Below are positions 12,642-27,117 of a stretch of 64,000 bases of DNA, piece after piece (within the stretch, counting starts at the first letter, position 1; the number at the start of each line of letters is the position of its first letter). Position numbers and translations under genes: made by a program. Source of the DNA: Novakomyces olei (taxonomy: Eukaryota). The notes under the pieces are model-generated. The model searched no databases. It had not been told where the DNA came from and saw only the letters and a list, made by a program, of their open reading frames with translations. The stretch is from NCBI GenBank assembly GCA_016906335.1, contig JADEYG010000004.1:992001-1056000 (forward strand), given 5' to 3'.

Positions 12642-13768
12642 CTATAAAGCATGGTGCTCGTGAAGACGCAATAAGTTTCGTAATAGCATGGCGATTGTGA
12701 CTTTACCCACACTGGGTACATAAATGCCAGCTCGCTCTTTCACAGAATCCTTATCAAAATTCTTTTCCGATGAGAAATTAATGCAGCATGCTCCGTCTCG
12801 GATGAGATCTGTTGGGACTTTAAACGACGGAGAAGGCACGCCAGATATAACAACATCGGCCAGTGGTAGTACCTGCTCAAGCGTGAGTTTACTGTCCGAA
12901 ACCTTTAGATTAGCATAATAAATTCAAATAATCATATACCTCATGCTTCTTTAAACGGATGCCCTGTCCGCGAGTAAACAGCTGCACGCCCGTAATATCA
13001 ACAGAATAAACTTTTGCTCCATCATTCGCTAAAAGAGCAGCCAAAGGCCGCCCCACTACTTCACTACGGTTTATAACTGCCACAGTCTTGCCGTACAATC
13101 GATTCCCATAGTCAAGGATCGGGTTGTAAACCTGTAAATATTCAAGAATTTTTACAATGGCCAAGGGCGTACAGGGCAAAATTGCTTTTTTCTTGTTATC
13201 TGGAGCATCCAAGAATCGAATATTGTGGTACATATTTTGCATCCAAAAATGACAGAGACCCTCTACATCTTTTTCCCGGCCAATTACCTGCTGAATGTAC
13301 AGATCCTGGCCTCCACCAAAGACGGGAAAGTACACCATAATCCCATCGACTTTAGGATCCGAATTTGCCACCATTATTTCGTCTTCTAGAGCCTCCTTGT
13401 CGCATTCGCGTAGCTCAAACTTGAAGCCATTCGCCTCCGCTGTCCGGCCAGTAAATTCGGCATACGTACGCGAAGCTGGGTCATCATTGGCAAGAAAGCC
13501 AACAAGCCTTGACATAAAAACAGGTCAATAACGGAAAATAATCATAAAAAAGCAGAAAAGAAAAAGGAAAATAGAATAAAACGATGTCAGAAAATACAAA
13601 GGCAAAAAGAAGGGCTCTTCTTACAGAGGCGGTCGGCTCAGCTGGGAGACATCGTCGTGTATTTGCCGAATGAAGGGTTCGGCTACCCGGTTGGCCAATA
13701 CAACTCCTGGACAGTTAAATTGTTATTGCCAAAGCACTGTCAATAATATACATACGGCATGAGGCCAT
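12642..13768 (-). CDS. MTD1: NAD-dependent methylenetetrahydrofolate dehydrogenase
   Basis: LVGFLANDDPA, KDVEGLCH, ILPCTPLAIVKILEYL, YGNRLYGK, INRSEVVGRPLAALLANDGA and YVPSVGKVTIAMLLRNL. Start MASC followed by an intron. Three coding introns. Confidence 0.95.
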
Positions 13769-14553
13769 TGCACCTCCCTGCGCTTGCCCTGCTATTATTA
13801 TTCACCTGAACAATTTATGTGTGTCAATCAATTTGTCAATTTTTCACTACATCTATATAATATTTTTTTTATGGATTTTTTTTTATTTACTTTTTTTATT
13901 TAATTTTTATGGTTTTCATTAATTTTGATTTTGATTTTTTTTTCTTATCTTGAAAAATTAATGTTGGTTTCTGATGATCTACCATCACAAAATCTATGTA
14001 CAACTGCGTGCATAATTACTTACAATACTATACTTTCCTGAAACCTTTTCGGATTAACTAATAATATGTCAAACGCGAGCACTACACGTCCCCACAACAC
14101 ATGAAAAAGATAATAAGAATAACGATATAAAAGTACCGCATTAAAGTCTCAGGTGAGATGTTCCAAGACCGGCAGCTTTGTAACACGTTCTCCTGACCAT
14201 GATTGGTCAGATTGTATAATATTGTTTCGAGCTCTAGGAAAAGCTCGAAAGCCCAGCATTCTCGTTAATTTTGATTGGTTGATTGGCTTTCTCTCTTTCA
14301 ATTTATTTAAATCTTACTCTTATTACTGTTTTTCTTAAAAGTATTCTATTCAACAATAACAGTGTAAGTGGCACATTTCTAACCTAAATATGATTGACAG
14401 CTGCAGGCAGTATCACTCTAATTTCATGGTAGCACTTCTGCCAATGATAATTTGTTTTTCTTATTATTTTCTACTATTTTCATGTTGTATTAGTATATAC
14501 ATGTATCGTCTCAAGCGTCCTGAGCAAACCAAAAATTGATAAACCATAATTGC

Positions 14554-15841
14554 TTAGACAGAATTAATCTTCAACCGCCGTGTTACACTCAAAGGCATGC
14601 AATAAGCGGGATCTACGGCATCCAAATGTGGGTGTCCAAGTAATGCCAGTCCAGCGATGCTAAAGCATGTATGATAAATATCCGTCTCATCCTCCTGCCG
14701 ATCCGCAAACCCTCCGTTTTCAGTATCCTGAGCCGAAAGTATAAAATTTTCTAATGATTGCTTGTTGATCCAGTGGAGCCGCTTGAAAAGCGCTAGTCCA
14801 CTAAGCTCCCACCAAGAATAACATGTCTTGTGAATTAGTGACGGAGTGATGAAAAAATTTACATCTGGTAATTTTTCAGGTCGGCCATTCAAACCGCCAT
14901 TAGCGACTTGCCGTTGACACAACCAGTAGCAAATTTTGTCGGAATTAATACGATTCATGGCGTTGGCAATGCACAGCACGCCGAGACAGGTAAAGGCTGG
15001 AGTTAGTCGATGCGTAAACCAAAGCAAACGATAATACAGCGTTTGAGGGCAGTTTCTAAATTGCTGTTCACCCAAGTTCAAACAGGAATCAATTGGAAAC
15101 CCAAATGGATATACTATTTAATTAAAAGAAACCAAATTAATAAAACCAAATTGATAAAACCAAAATAATAAAATTAACGAGATGCAAAATTCCGTGTCGT
15201 CCTTACCATACGCGCCATGAGATTCCGCACCTGGCACAGGCCCAAACCCACCATCGAGATTCTGGCAAGATAAAATCCATTGCACCGATTTCTCCACATC
15301 AACAACGTGGAGCCTTTTCAAAATAGACAGACAGTTGAATGCGCCATAGACAAAACGAGCATCGTACTCGCCCCATTCGTCACCGTAGAACGCGCCCGTT
15401 TGTGTCTGCAAACGTGAAATATCTTCAAGTCAGTGTCTATCATACGAAGAGACGGACTTTTAAGCATTAAACATAAATTGCATACTTACACTTGGCAGTC
15501 AGATCGGCATCAACAAGGTGTAGGGCGTCCTGCATTGCAAGAATTTGCACTGCGTAAACCGTATTCATTAGATGGCCGTCGTGGCCCGGATGAGCACTAA
15601 AACTGCCGTCTGCGCGTTGGCAAGATTGCACGTACTCGAGCATTGCATCGCGTGGAAGAGCGTCGCCTGCACGTAAAAGCTTCAGCGCTGTAAATCCCCA
15701 GTAAACGCCGCTGATGCGTAAGTGCTGTGTCATCCAGAATTGCAAGTCATCCTGCCGCCGATCATAGTCGGTAATGTACTGTATATGCCGCCCGACCAGC
15801 AGCTCCATAGTATTCGATGCTTGGCTCGAGCAGTTTGCCAT
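14554..15841 (-). CDS. BET2: Rab geranylgeranyltransferase (type II) beta subunit
   Basis: [51 protein letters not shown] and [12 protein letters not shown]. Introns 15489-15423, 15206-14997 and 14862-14827. Confidence 0.95.
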
Positions 15842-16204
15842 ACTTTTACCATAATAGTATAATGTTATTCTAGGGTCAGATATACTATAAATACTATATG
15901 TATTATCTATATTATATACTTTTCAATTGGGTTTATCGTTCGTTAATTTAGTGCCAAAATTGTGTCATATCAATTCTTGGAAAGAGTATTTGGTGATTAA
16001 TCAATGATATATATTTAAAGTAGCATTCAAAGATTAATGAAATGTTAATATAGTATTTAACATTAAAATGTGAACCATAACCACAGTATAATATTATACA
16101 CATGGATTAGACGCTATTCACTGTAAATTTTATTGTTTTAAATATAAATAATTAGGCAAACTATCGAGTCGTAAACGCATGAACGAACTTTTGTACGATC
16201 GCAT

Positions 16205-19200
16205 ATGAGTCAGGCTGATATTGCGGCGTACTTTAACAGCATCAGTGATGGTCTGGACACGCATAATTCCGCTGTTGACGATGTGGCAAAACGTATGGAT
16301 CAATATATATGTTTGCGTTTTCAGGTTTTAATTTTAAAAGATTTATCTTCCTTTACTCTCGTCTACAGTTGTGTTCTGACTTTACAGGCATCGAATCGCA
16401 GCCGGGCACTCTTTTACAGTTTATAAAGAACCTGGGTGATTATTTGACAGCAGAGGATGTCACGCTTAGGCAGAATGGTAGGCTGATTGAATACTGGAAC
16501 CGTTGTCGCCTTAAACTGTTTCAAAAAAAAAAAAAGATTTATATTACAATGCTAATACCTTGAAGCTATGAGTATGCTGGCCGATGTGACTGTTCGGCTT
16601 GGAGACGGAACGCTAACGTCTCAGCAAGCCTCTGTCCTTTGCCAGTTTTATTGTGATCGACTGGAAGATGAGGCATGTGTCCCTCAAATCTTGCAGGGCC
16701 TTCAGGCACTTGCGGCCATGAAGTCTCTGCCGCCTTCACAGGCGAGAGACATGTGTCGCGATGTAGTGAATACGGTAGCTATGCCCAATTTCACTCAACC
16801 CGTGAGAAACAAGGTTTTCACTATTGCCGAGACGATTTTACGGCAGCCACGATTTGCGGCTGCCCTCAATACTGAAGCAAATGATGCTATTGTCTCTGGA
16901 ATCGTGGGTATAATGGACGGAGAAAAGGACCCACGCAACCTTTTGCTAGGTTTCCGGCTAGTTGAGCAAGCAGTAACCTGTCTGGATATAAAGGGCCGAG
17001 TTGCTGACGTTTTTGACTGTGTCTTTTGCTATTTTCCTGTCACTTTTCGCGCAGCACCAAACAATAACTCTCTCAAAATATCACCCGACGATCTCAAAAT
17101 CGCCCTCCGCTCTTGCCTTACACGCACTCCTTTTTTTGCGGACTTACTAGTGCCCTCGCTTATTGAAAAAATAAATGCGGCTGCAGTCTCGGTGAAGAAG
17201 GACGCTATCGCTACACTTCAACAGGCTCTGGACCGGTGGCCATCTACGCCCTTTGAGCCGTTTTCTCAGCGAATCTGGAATGGATTAAAGTTCGAATTAT
17301 GGGACAGTACGGATGAGGAGGTCACACTGGCCTCCCTAAACGCTATAACTGGTCTTTCCCGTAATTTGCTGCAAAACGGTGGCTTTCACGCTTTTGCCAC
17401 GGTTGTATGTAACGAGTGTCTTGACCAAATGCGACAGAATAATGCTCCCAGTATTAAAACCTGTGGGGCCACATTAGCGGCAATATGTGCAGCTGGAAAA
17501 CAGGCGCTGGAGACAGTGTCAGCACAGACTCTTCCAAGTATTCTAACGATATACAGTAGTAGTAGAGACATTTTGTCTAAACAAGAGGCAATACTAACTG
17601 CCGTTAATTGTATACTAAACGCAAATGCCTTGCTTTACCCTGAAGCTGAACGGGCGGATGATGCGACAGTACTGGCGCCCTTTGGACAAGAGTTTTTCAA
17701 GACTTTTGCGGAGAAAGTCGTCTCTACCGGTGTGACGGATGATGCTACACGTGTGGTTGCCGTGAAGGGACTGCTTTTCATGCTGAGGGCGCGGCGGATG
17801 CTCGACGAGTCTTGCAGTCGAATGACTATAAAGTTTCTGAGCGAATGTGTAATGTCGCCCAATCGGCCCGTTGGAGCAGAGGCAATGGCGGCGCTGGCTG
17901 AAGTTTCTGTAATTGCTTCTGGCCTTGTGCTTGAAATAGTGCTGCCAATGATGCAAAGTCGGCTGGACGAGATTGAATCTGAAGGTTTTGGTGGAGAGCA
18001 GTCTAGTGAAGAGCAATCAAGTGAAGGACAATCAAGTGAAGGACAATCAAGTGAAGGACAATCAAGTGAAGGACAATCAAGTGAAGGACAATCAAGTGAA
18101 GGACAATCAAGTGAAGGACAATCAAGTGAAAAAAGGCAAGCAAAAGGCGAAAAAGTGTTTAAACGAAATGTAAATGACAGCAGTCTTAGTCTTCAGTACA
18201 GGATTGTTTTGGGGCACATTGCGCGCTTGTGCCGGGCGCGAGCAGTGACACGGACTGTGATTGTTCGTATTGTAAACAAAATTGATAATTTATCTTCTCG
18301 GCAAGTCTTTGACCGTGAAAGCGAGGCAGAGGCTGACGAATTGAAGACTAGATTTATTCACCCGCTCGTGCAGACACTGCAATTAGCGCTAGTGGCCTAT
18401 GAAATAGCGGGAGAGACTGCCGAAATTGCTTATTTTTCTAAAGATATTCTTGCTCACCTGCTGACGCGCTGCATTTTGCCTATTGCGCAGGGCAAAAACA
18501 ACTCTTTGCTATTAGCTGACAGCGTTGTTGGATCCGTGCAGGCAGTATCTATACTCTGCACTCGAAATTTAGACGTTGAACAGCAAAACGAGTTGGCCGC
18601 TAATGCGAACAAACTGTTCCTGGGCCGCTCAATCTCCGAGCTCATTCACGATAAATGGCGTACGCTTGTGGCCAACAAGTTTGCTCCTTTTCATGACAAC
18701 ATGACCAGGGAGGAGTACAGGGCTTTTTCTATCTACATTGCTATTGATGGAGCATTAAGGAAACAAGTCATTAACGCTGTGCCCTTTAACACAGACTTTC
18801 TCGATGCCGTTTTGGCTATCGGCAGACAAGTTCGCCAAGAGCAAATGCAAGGGTCAGATGTATCGCCTTTGCCCGTATTTGAACTATTTGCAAATAGGCT
18901 AAACAAGTGTACCGATGACGCTGGCTTAAGTACGTACTTGAGCGGGCTTTTACCCTCTCTATGGACAAGTGTAGAGCAAAGAGAAGGCGGTGATCAGTTT
19001 GCAATCGACACTATTGCCTGGACGATCAAGAGTCTGAGTTTGCGGGGACAAGTTGAAGCCTTCAATCAGCTTTCAAAGCTTATTGCCAAGCTCGATGGTC
19101 CACAGGGAAAGCAACTGGCACAGTCAACATTGATCGTTTTTGCTAATGATAAACTGCTGTGTAAGGAGAATTTTACCGTGATTAGACTGCTTTTTCGGCA

Positions 19201-19830
19201 GCGGCTGTTTAGTGTTGCCTTCCCGGCTCTACTTGAGCATTTTACTGCTATTACGAGGGCAAAGTCTTTGGCCCATACAGAGGCAAACGGGGACAGAGTC
19301 GGAGAGAGCGAAGCTTCAAGTCATGCTACGCTTAGTGATACAGACCCTTCTGTTGCACGAAGCAATTACTTGATTGTTGTGGCATATTTAGTGGGATTTA
19401 TGCCGATCAATGTTATTCTGCCGAGTCTTGCGCAGCTGCTTCCAATGCTTCTACAGACGTTGGATCTTCCCGAGGCATCGCTAAAATTTGCTGTAGCAAA
19501 TGTACTGACCGCTATATTGGAGCAAGACCCAGAGACACTTTTGAGCCATTTGCCCTCGATACTGCCAAAGTTACTGGATGTAGCCAGCGATTCCCGTCAT
19601 AGTCCAGAGGTATGATATTGGCTGTCTCTTTATTCCTTTACTAACTATATTACCAGCGAGTTCGATTGGCGGGTCTAACCTGCTTGTCTGCGATTCCCTC
19701 GGCATTTCGATCAGACCAGATACAGCCGTACCGTGTAATGATGCAGCAGCAGTTACGCGCTGCCCTGGACGACCCTGCTCGCGCCGTACGGAAACAGGCT
19801 CAGACTTGTCGGCACCACTGGTTCATTTAA
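16205..19830 (+). CDS. MMS19: MMS19/Met18 cytosolic Fe-S assembly (CIA) targeting scaffold
   Basis: FYCDRLED, MDGEKDPRNLL, FDCVFCYFPVTF, LLPMLLQTL and final exon LDDPARAVRKQA..CR..WF. Three introns. Confidence 0.93.
17993..18130 (+). repeat. Coding minisatellite, 15-bp unit GAAGGACAATCAAGT (EGQSS), 7 exact copies plus 2 diverged copies
   Basis: Exact copies at 18023-18127, preceded by GEQSS and EEQSS variants, inside the MMS19 exon. Confidence 0.97.
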
Positions 19831-20178
19831 TCTCGAGAGTTTAGTGATTATGGGCCGCAAGTAGACGCGTGAATTATGGTTTAGTCTTTGTATCTAGTTT
19901 ACTTTATATCCATATCCATGTGCAGTGTGGCCAGACGATGGGCCATAGCTAAGCAGAATTGATGAGAGTGGACGCCGTCTTGTCGTGCTTCACATCTTCA
20001 AGTTTTTTGTATCATTTTACTTTGAATGATTTATTTTTATTTTTATTTTTATTTGATTAATGTACTACAGAACTTGAAGTATCCATATCCATATCGGTAT
20101 CCAATCCGTGTAAATTTATAATTATATATATATTGTACTGTATTGTATTGTATTATATTTATATATATTATCAAGCCG

Positions 20179-21219
20179 CTAATTGTACATTTGGAGAATT
20201 CTCGACTCAATGCCGTTATAAATGTGGTCGTGTTGAATGATTTCGAGATTTTCGGCTTCCGTCTCCATAAGCTTGTGTGGCTCTTGGCCAGGCGCAAGAG
20301 CTTGGCCGGCACTAAGGTTAGGCACACCTCCCATACTGTTCATATCCTGCGAGGCCGCTATAATGAGAATCAGTACAGGTTAAGATGAATAAACATCTAA
20401 AATTGAAATAATAAATTAAAATAATAAATTAAAATAATAAATTAAAATAACGGCTCCAAATATCCCATACCGTTATCGGACCCGAGGATCAATTCGTACA
20501 CGGGACGTAGACCAAACAGGTTCAAAAAGTACCACGATAACGATGAGACCCATTGTGCATCCAATTCACGCGTGGCCACTCCAGACTGCAGGAGAGATTT
20601 GAAGCGAGCCGTGAGGGGAAACGGCAGTTTCACTAAAAGCTTAGGACCAAGGCTCACAGCATTCCCTCACTTACAAAGAACAAATCCGGAAAAGAAAAAA
20701 TTGACCCAGCCCATGATAAGCGTGTTTGGAACAATATTGGCAATATTGCCCTTGAGCATTCCCGTCATCGCCTCCATGCCGGCAGGATCCATTGGGTTAG
20801 GAGCCCGGCCAATTGCACTTGCGTCCTTTAAATAATCTTTAGATCGCAATGCTGCCTGAACACTATTCTTGCGCTGAGTAAAAGCAGAGTCTAACAGATG
20901 ATTCGCATTCTGCCGTAGAATACCAGCCCGAGTCAGGATCCGTCTGCAATTAGAAAAGTGGTTAAATACACGAATAAAGTAAGTCATGAAAAAGCGACTT
21001 TGTAAATGCGTCTTAAAAGTCCGATCTTACTGCTCTCGTAAAGCCTTGCGGTCGAGTTTTTTAGGGCTCGATTGCAACAGAATCGTAATATCATTGCGCA
21101 AAATCCCAACAAGAATCATAACACCCATGATAGGCAGCAAGACCCAGTTGCGCAGCGCTATAGTGTCAGATCTAAGCTGAAAAAATTTAAATACCAGGAT
21201 CGAGAAAGAGATCGTTCAT
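20179..21219 (-). CDS. EMC3: ER membrane protein complex subunit 3
   Basis: [55 protein letters not shown] and [15 protein letters not shown]. Four introns. Confidence 0.95.
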
Positions 21220-21586
21220 TGCTGCGGCGGTGGACGGCTACTCCAACTTGAATTGCAGCAAGTGGAGGTCGTGAGCCATACATATTATATAATGAAAAGT
21301 AAGCTTGTCTTTGGAATGAGTGGTTCTTAATTAGGGTTAGGGTTAATTAATTTCTTTTATTTACGGTTAGTTTCTTTTATATCTCGTACTGGATCGCTGC
21401 AATTAAAGAGGTTTAATTGGCCAACCAACCATTCAGGCCACCAAACTGTGCAGCGTACGTCTTTTTATGTTTAATTACATCTTGTATTTATGTTCAGTGC
21501 AAGGAAATACATAATCGCCACCTACTGATACATTTACCGCTGTAACCCTTCTAAACCCAGACTAATCCTGGCTCTGTCTTTGCCTT

Positions 21587-22544
21587 TTAGGCCCGCCAAG
21601 AATCTATAGGAAAAAGGGATTCTAACAAAGCAGCAGCATCTGCTTTGCGGTCCTCACCCTGTCGCAATCGGAAAAGCACATGAAAATGTTCCAAGCCGTC
21701 TACACTGCGCAATCGTCCATAATTACGAAACCATATCCGTTGCTCCTGCGATATACTAGCAAACCTTGTGTTTACAAAAGCCTCAAGGGCGGCCTGAGCT
21801 GCTGGTGTACTATCACCTTCGCGGTTCGGGTCAGACGGAACCAGGCGTTTCATCCAGACTACGACATGCTGTAATATAAGTTAAGAATAGTCGTAAAAAT
21901 ACAAATAAATTTTAAAAAATAAACAAAAACGCAATAGCACTTACCACAATGCCTTCTTCCACGGCATAAGGAAAATCGTTTAGTAGAATTGAATAATCAG
22001 AGGGGTTGGAAAACAGATACTCAAAGATTGCATCAGGCCCGGGCTCGGAATCGATTCTAGTTTCTGCCGGATTTGGTTTGTTTATCGCTTCTATACTTGC
22101 AGCTTGCACCTTTTGTGTCCTTAAAGACTTTATTTCTTCAGGTGACCACCTCAATTTCTCCTGTAAAATGCAGTCCTCAACAGACGCGTATTGCTCTAAA
22201 ATTTGTTGCTTCCAAAACTTGTAAAAGGCAAGCACCTTTTCAGTTCGCCTCAACTTGTAGATTTCTCGAAATTCTATCATTAGACGCGCTCAACCAATGG
22301 AGATAAACAAATAGCCATATAAGCCAAAGTTCGAGGCACACTGAACTGTTCGAATCATACCCACAATCTTGCTCAATTCTTCCCACGCGAAACGCGGCAC
22401 TTCAGGTTTCTCTGTGAGCCAGTACCTGTGCGCCCAAGCGTCCATTTGCTTTTGCAGCGCCAAACTCGGCAGCCGTTCGACCGTGTCATTAAAATATTCG
22501 CCCACATCTTTGGCTCTTTCGTCCCCTCCAGCCAACGATCCCAT
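21587..22544 (-). CDS. DUF3605-family protein (HIT-like, GIG1-related)
   Basis: WEELSKIV, LRR, ILLNDFPYAVEEGIV/HVVVWMK and WFRNYGRLRSVDGLEHFHVL. Introns 22360-22274 and 21944-21869. Confidence 0.82.
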
Positions 22545-22914
22545 CCGGTTCCTAATCTCGAGCTGAGCTGCGATGCTATGCTTAATTCATTTATTTATCT
22601 GAGCTTTGTGTTACACAAATAATTGTTTCTATTTTTTATACAGACAGTACGATACGGGTTCGGAAGGTTTCCCTCTTTTTCACGATTATCATCTCTACAT
22701 GGATATTTATCTTTAATGCTCATATTTTCTTGGCTGCCAATACTTTTGGGTAAATTTATTTTCGATTATTTTATTATCGATTATTTCGACTACTATTTGA
22801 CGGTCTCTGATTATTGGATATTTATACAAATAAACGCATCAGATAAGCTCTATTATTTATGTCTGAATAATTTATTTATTAGCAAATTAATAAATTTTGT
22901 CCAGACATTTATGT

Positions 22915-25900
22915 ATGGCAAAGTATCGCGTTGGGTACAATGAAAAAGGCCGCGCGAGCGGTATTGCCCGGCAGCAGCGGCTGCGGCGTGCGCGCACACA
23001 TCGGCGTGAACGTGCGCCTCAAGTTTCAGAAAATTCTGAATATATAGGCGATACGGCAAACAATAGAAGCTTGGAAGCCACGCAGTTGCGTGAACAAGTG
23101 AGTACTTTGCGCGTTTAATGAACTATTGGCTAAACGTGACGCTTTGCGTTTTTAACAGTTAAATGTGGGGCCTGAAATGTCGGCAAAGAAGCGGCGGCGC
23201 TTGGAAAAGTATATCGTAAGTTGGCTATACCAATGAAAATAAGAAAAAGAAAGGGATTAAAGGTAGAAAAATTGGAAAAATTAGAAATGAAATGAAAATA
23301 AAATAAAAACCAAATAATAAAGGAAAGATGAAAGACTAAAAATCTGAAAACTAAAAAAAAAGAATCAAAAAAAAAAAAAAAAAAACATAAACAAATGGAT
23401 GTATTGCTTATTGAGATAGGAAACAAAATTGCGAAAAGATGAAGGCCGTAAAATGCTAGAGCAATTAGGTGAATTGCAAAGGCAAGGAACGGGTGATTTT
23501 GCTAGTTTTAAAGATCTACGTCGAAAGCCCAGCAAGCGCGAAGAAAAAGCGCAAAGAGCGAAAGCGACTGAGGTTCTGGATCACGAGAGGAGCTTGAACG
23601 ATGAGAGCGATCGATACAGCGATGTACAAGAAGACGACGATAGTAATTCTCTAAAGAGCAATGAGTCTGACGCGGACACTACAAAAAGCGACGATGAGTC
23701 AAATGATGGCAGCGATTCGGCCTTACAAACCAATGAAAAGTCGTCAGCAAGCTCAAGTACGGGCTTTGGCTCATTCCCCGGTGCGAGTGTGGTCACACGT
23801 AAACAGCCACGTTCAAGTCTGGCTTACAATTGGCGAGCACGTTTAGCTGCCAAAGCAGAGAAAGCCCAAGACTCTGACGATGATTCTAGCATTTCAGGCT
23901 CAAGCACTTCCGGCACAGAGGAGCTTAGCAACGAGCAAGAGGCACAGAGTGCCCCAGACAATAGCGCGTCTCTTAATACTGCTGGTGCTGAACGATCAGC
24001 GGCTTTCAAGGAGTGGGCTACTCGCCAGACTTCCCACAATTCTACTGGCGTTGCTACGGCGACGGATCTGCCAGAGTCTGTAGTGCAAGAGCACAAGCGC
24101 AAGGTACGGGACCGTGACACTTCTCCTGAACCTGATCTTATTGGGCGCCATGCAACTGGTCGTCGAGTGACATTTATCACCCCAGACAGACCGGAGGCCG
24201 TTCAACAGGTTCGAGAGCAGTTACCGGCTTACGGCGAAGAGCAAAGAATTATGGAACAAGTCTTTGCCCACCCTTGCATAGTCATCTGCGGGGACACTGG
24301 GAGCGGAAAGACTACACAAGTCCCACAGTTTCTACTCGAAGCTGGATTCGGGTGCCCTGGGAGCGATACGCCAGGTATGATTTGTGTTACACAGCCTCGT
24401 CGAGTCGCTGCTGTCAGTATGGCAGCCCGAGTCGCTTATGAATTGGGGCCGGAAACTGGACTGCACGTGGCCTATCAGGTACGCTTTGACAGCAGAGTTG
24501 GGCCGGAAACGCGCATTAAATTTGCTACTGACGGAGTTTTATTACGAGAGATTTCCAATGATTTTCTCCTGACTCGGTACAGCGTGATTGTGGTCGATGA
24601 AGCACACGAACGGAGCATCAATACTGACATTCTGATCGGATTGCTTAGCAGAGTGGCACGGTTGCGTGAACAAAAGGCAAAGGAGACGGATGATATAAAG
24701 GTATTTTTGTCACGAGATGTAATCATTTATTTATTCATTTATTTTATTTATTTATCTTATTTATTTATTTTATTTGTTTATCTATATTTTTCTTATTCTC
24801 TTGCTAATACTAATGCCAGCCTTTGAAATTGATAATTATGTCAGCTACTCTTAGGGTTAAAGATTTTGTCGAAAACGAAGAATTGTTCCCTGTACGGCCG
24901 CCAGTAATAAACATTAATGCTCGTCAGTACCCGATTACTGTCCATTTCAGTCGAAAGACGCCAACAAATTATATTGACAAAAGTTATCGCAAAGTTTGCA
25001 AAATTCATGAACGTCTGCCACCTGGAGGTGCGTTGCATTTGCTTAATATCTATATAAATCTATAATCATATCTATTCACACATCTTTATTATCATTTAAT
25101 TAATACTATTCTATTTTTTTATTTTTTATTTTTATTTTTATTTTTATTTTTATTTTTATTTTTATTTTTATTTTTTTTTATTTTTTAAGTACTTTGTTAT
25201 TTTATTATTTTATTATTTTATTTATCTATTTATTTTATCAATGTTAACGACAGGCATTCTCGTCTTTGCGACCGGACAAAACGAAATTGTTCACCTGTGT
25301 AAACGGCTACGTGACCGCTTTGGCCAGACCGAGAAAGAAATGACTGTCCAAGTAGACAAGTCTCTTATATCTCTCGAGACGGAAGACATGGAAGGCGACG
25401 ATGAATTTGCTGAAAACGAGGACGATCGCAGTGACGATTATTCTAGTGACACTGAAGGATCTAGCAATGACAATTCGTTGGCAATTGACGATGACTCTGA
25501 TATAGAAAAGACGGAGGGCAGAAAGGAAAACAATGAACACTCCAAAAAGTCAGCTCTTCGTGTCCTTCCCCTGTACTCGCTCCTAACTACACAAGAGCAG
25601 ATGCGTGTATTTGAGCCAGTGGAGTCGGGAACACGGCTATGTGTGATTGCAACAAACGTGGCTGAAACCAGTTTAACTATTCCTGGAATTCGGTACGTTA
25701 TTGACTGCGGAAGGAGCAAGGAGCGGGTCTATGATGAGCAATTGGGCGTGCAGTCTTTTGAGATTGATTGGATAAGCAAGGCTAGTGCAAATCAACGGGC
25801 CGGCCGAGCCGGCCGAACTGGGCCGGGACACTGTTACAGGCTATATTCTTCAGCAGTGTTTGAGCGAGATTTTGCAGAGTTCTCCACTGCTGAAATTGCC

Positions 25901-27117
25901 CGGACACCTATCGAGGGAATCGTATTGCAGATGAAAGCAATGAATATTCATGTAGTTGCAAATTTCCCTTTTCCCACTCCGCCCGATAGAGCGCGTTTGC
26001 AAAGGGCCGAACAGGTTTTGCAGGCGTTGGGTGCTTTGGATCGTGAGGGCACAATCACTGCGTTGGGCCTAAGGATGGCTTTGTTTCCAGTTGCTCCAAG
26101 GTTTGCAAAATTGTTGAGCATTGGGAGCCAGTATGGCTGCATTGCGTATGTGATTGCTATTGTTGCAGGCCTTTCAGTCGAAAAATTGTTCCTTTGGGAG
26201 GATGAGGCGAATGCGGAGTCTAGTAGCAAAGGTAAGAGATTATTAGTGAAAAGAAATAAAATATAAATATTTAATAAAAAATAAGAGAGTGTGAAACAAA
26301 TGAAGCAAACACAAAAAATCACCAAAAAAAAAAAAGGATGAACAAAGTGATTACTAAGAGTGACACCAAAAGCAAACACTAAAAAGAGTCTTGACGACTA
26401 ATCAATCATACGTCATATTCTTAAATTACAGCTAATAAAACAGATTCTCGTAAATCAAAAGCTTTCCAGTTTTCTTCACTCGATCCAGAATCAGACGTGT
26501 TTTGTGTTTTGAGTGCAGTTTGTGCCTTTGAATACGAATCTCGAAGGAACAATGGCCCTTTCTTTTGTGAGCAACACGGATTACGACTCAAAAGCTTACA
26601 GGAAATTTCGCAATTAAGGAGGCAGCTACACTCGATGATGAATACGAAATACATCCCTGTCTTATCACCACCTTCGCCTCAGCAGCTCGTAGCATTAAGG
26701 CAAATTGTGGCCTCTGGATTTTTAGATCAAGTGGCGCGTTACACTGGAGTAAGAGACGAATACGAGACTATGAGTGGGATGGAGACTGTACATTTGTATG
26801 GTCGATCTTTACTGGCCCGAAATCGTTTGCGACCTGAATTTGTTGTGTATCAAACACTTCAAAAAAGCATGAGCGGCCGCCAAAGTCTTGTTCCCTTAAT
26901 CAAACTTTTACCTGTTGAATTTGCTGCTTTGGCTGTTAAAACGCCGATAGCAACGTTTTCGAAGCCTTTAGAAAGGCCAGAGCCACCGGTATTGAGTGAG
27001 GGAGGCCGCAAGAGGGTTTGCTGGGTTATTCCTCGTGTAGGACCCGGCGTTGGGTGGGAATTGCCGGCTCGGAAGGTTGTTCAAATCCGGCGTGGAACAG
27101 TTTGGGAAATTGAATAG
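22915..27117 (+). CDS. DHR1: DEAH-box RNA helicase Dhr1/Ecm16 (DHX37), SSU processome
   Basis: EEQRIME, GDTGSGKTTQVPQFL, DEAH, MSATL, VLPLYSLL, WISKASANQRAGRAGRTGPGHCYRLYSS and VANFPFPTPP. Five introns. Confidence 0.95.

Noticed and set aside
17993-18130. CRISPR-like array
   Set aside because: Head-to-tail repeats without spacers, in frame within a eukaryotic exon, and no cas genes.
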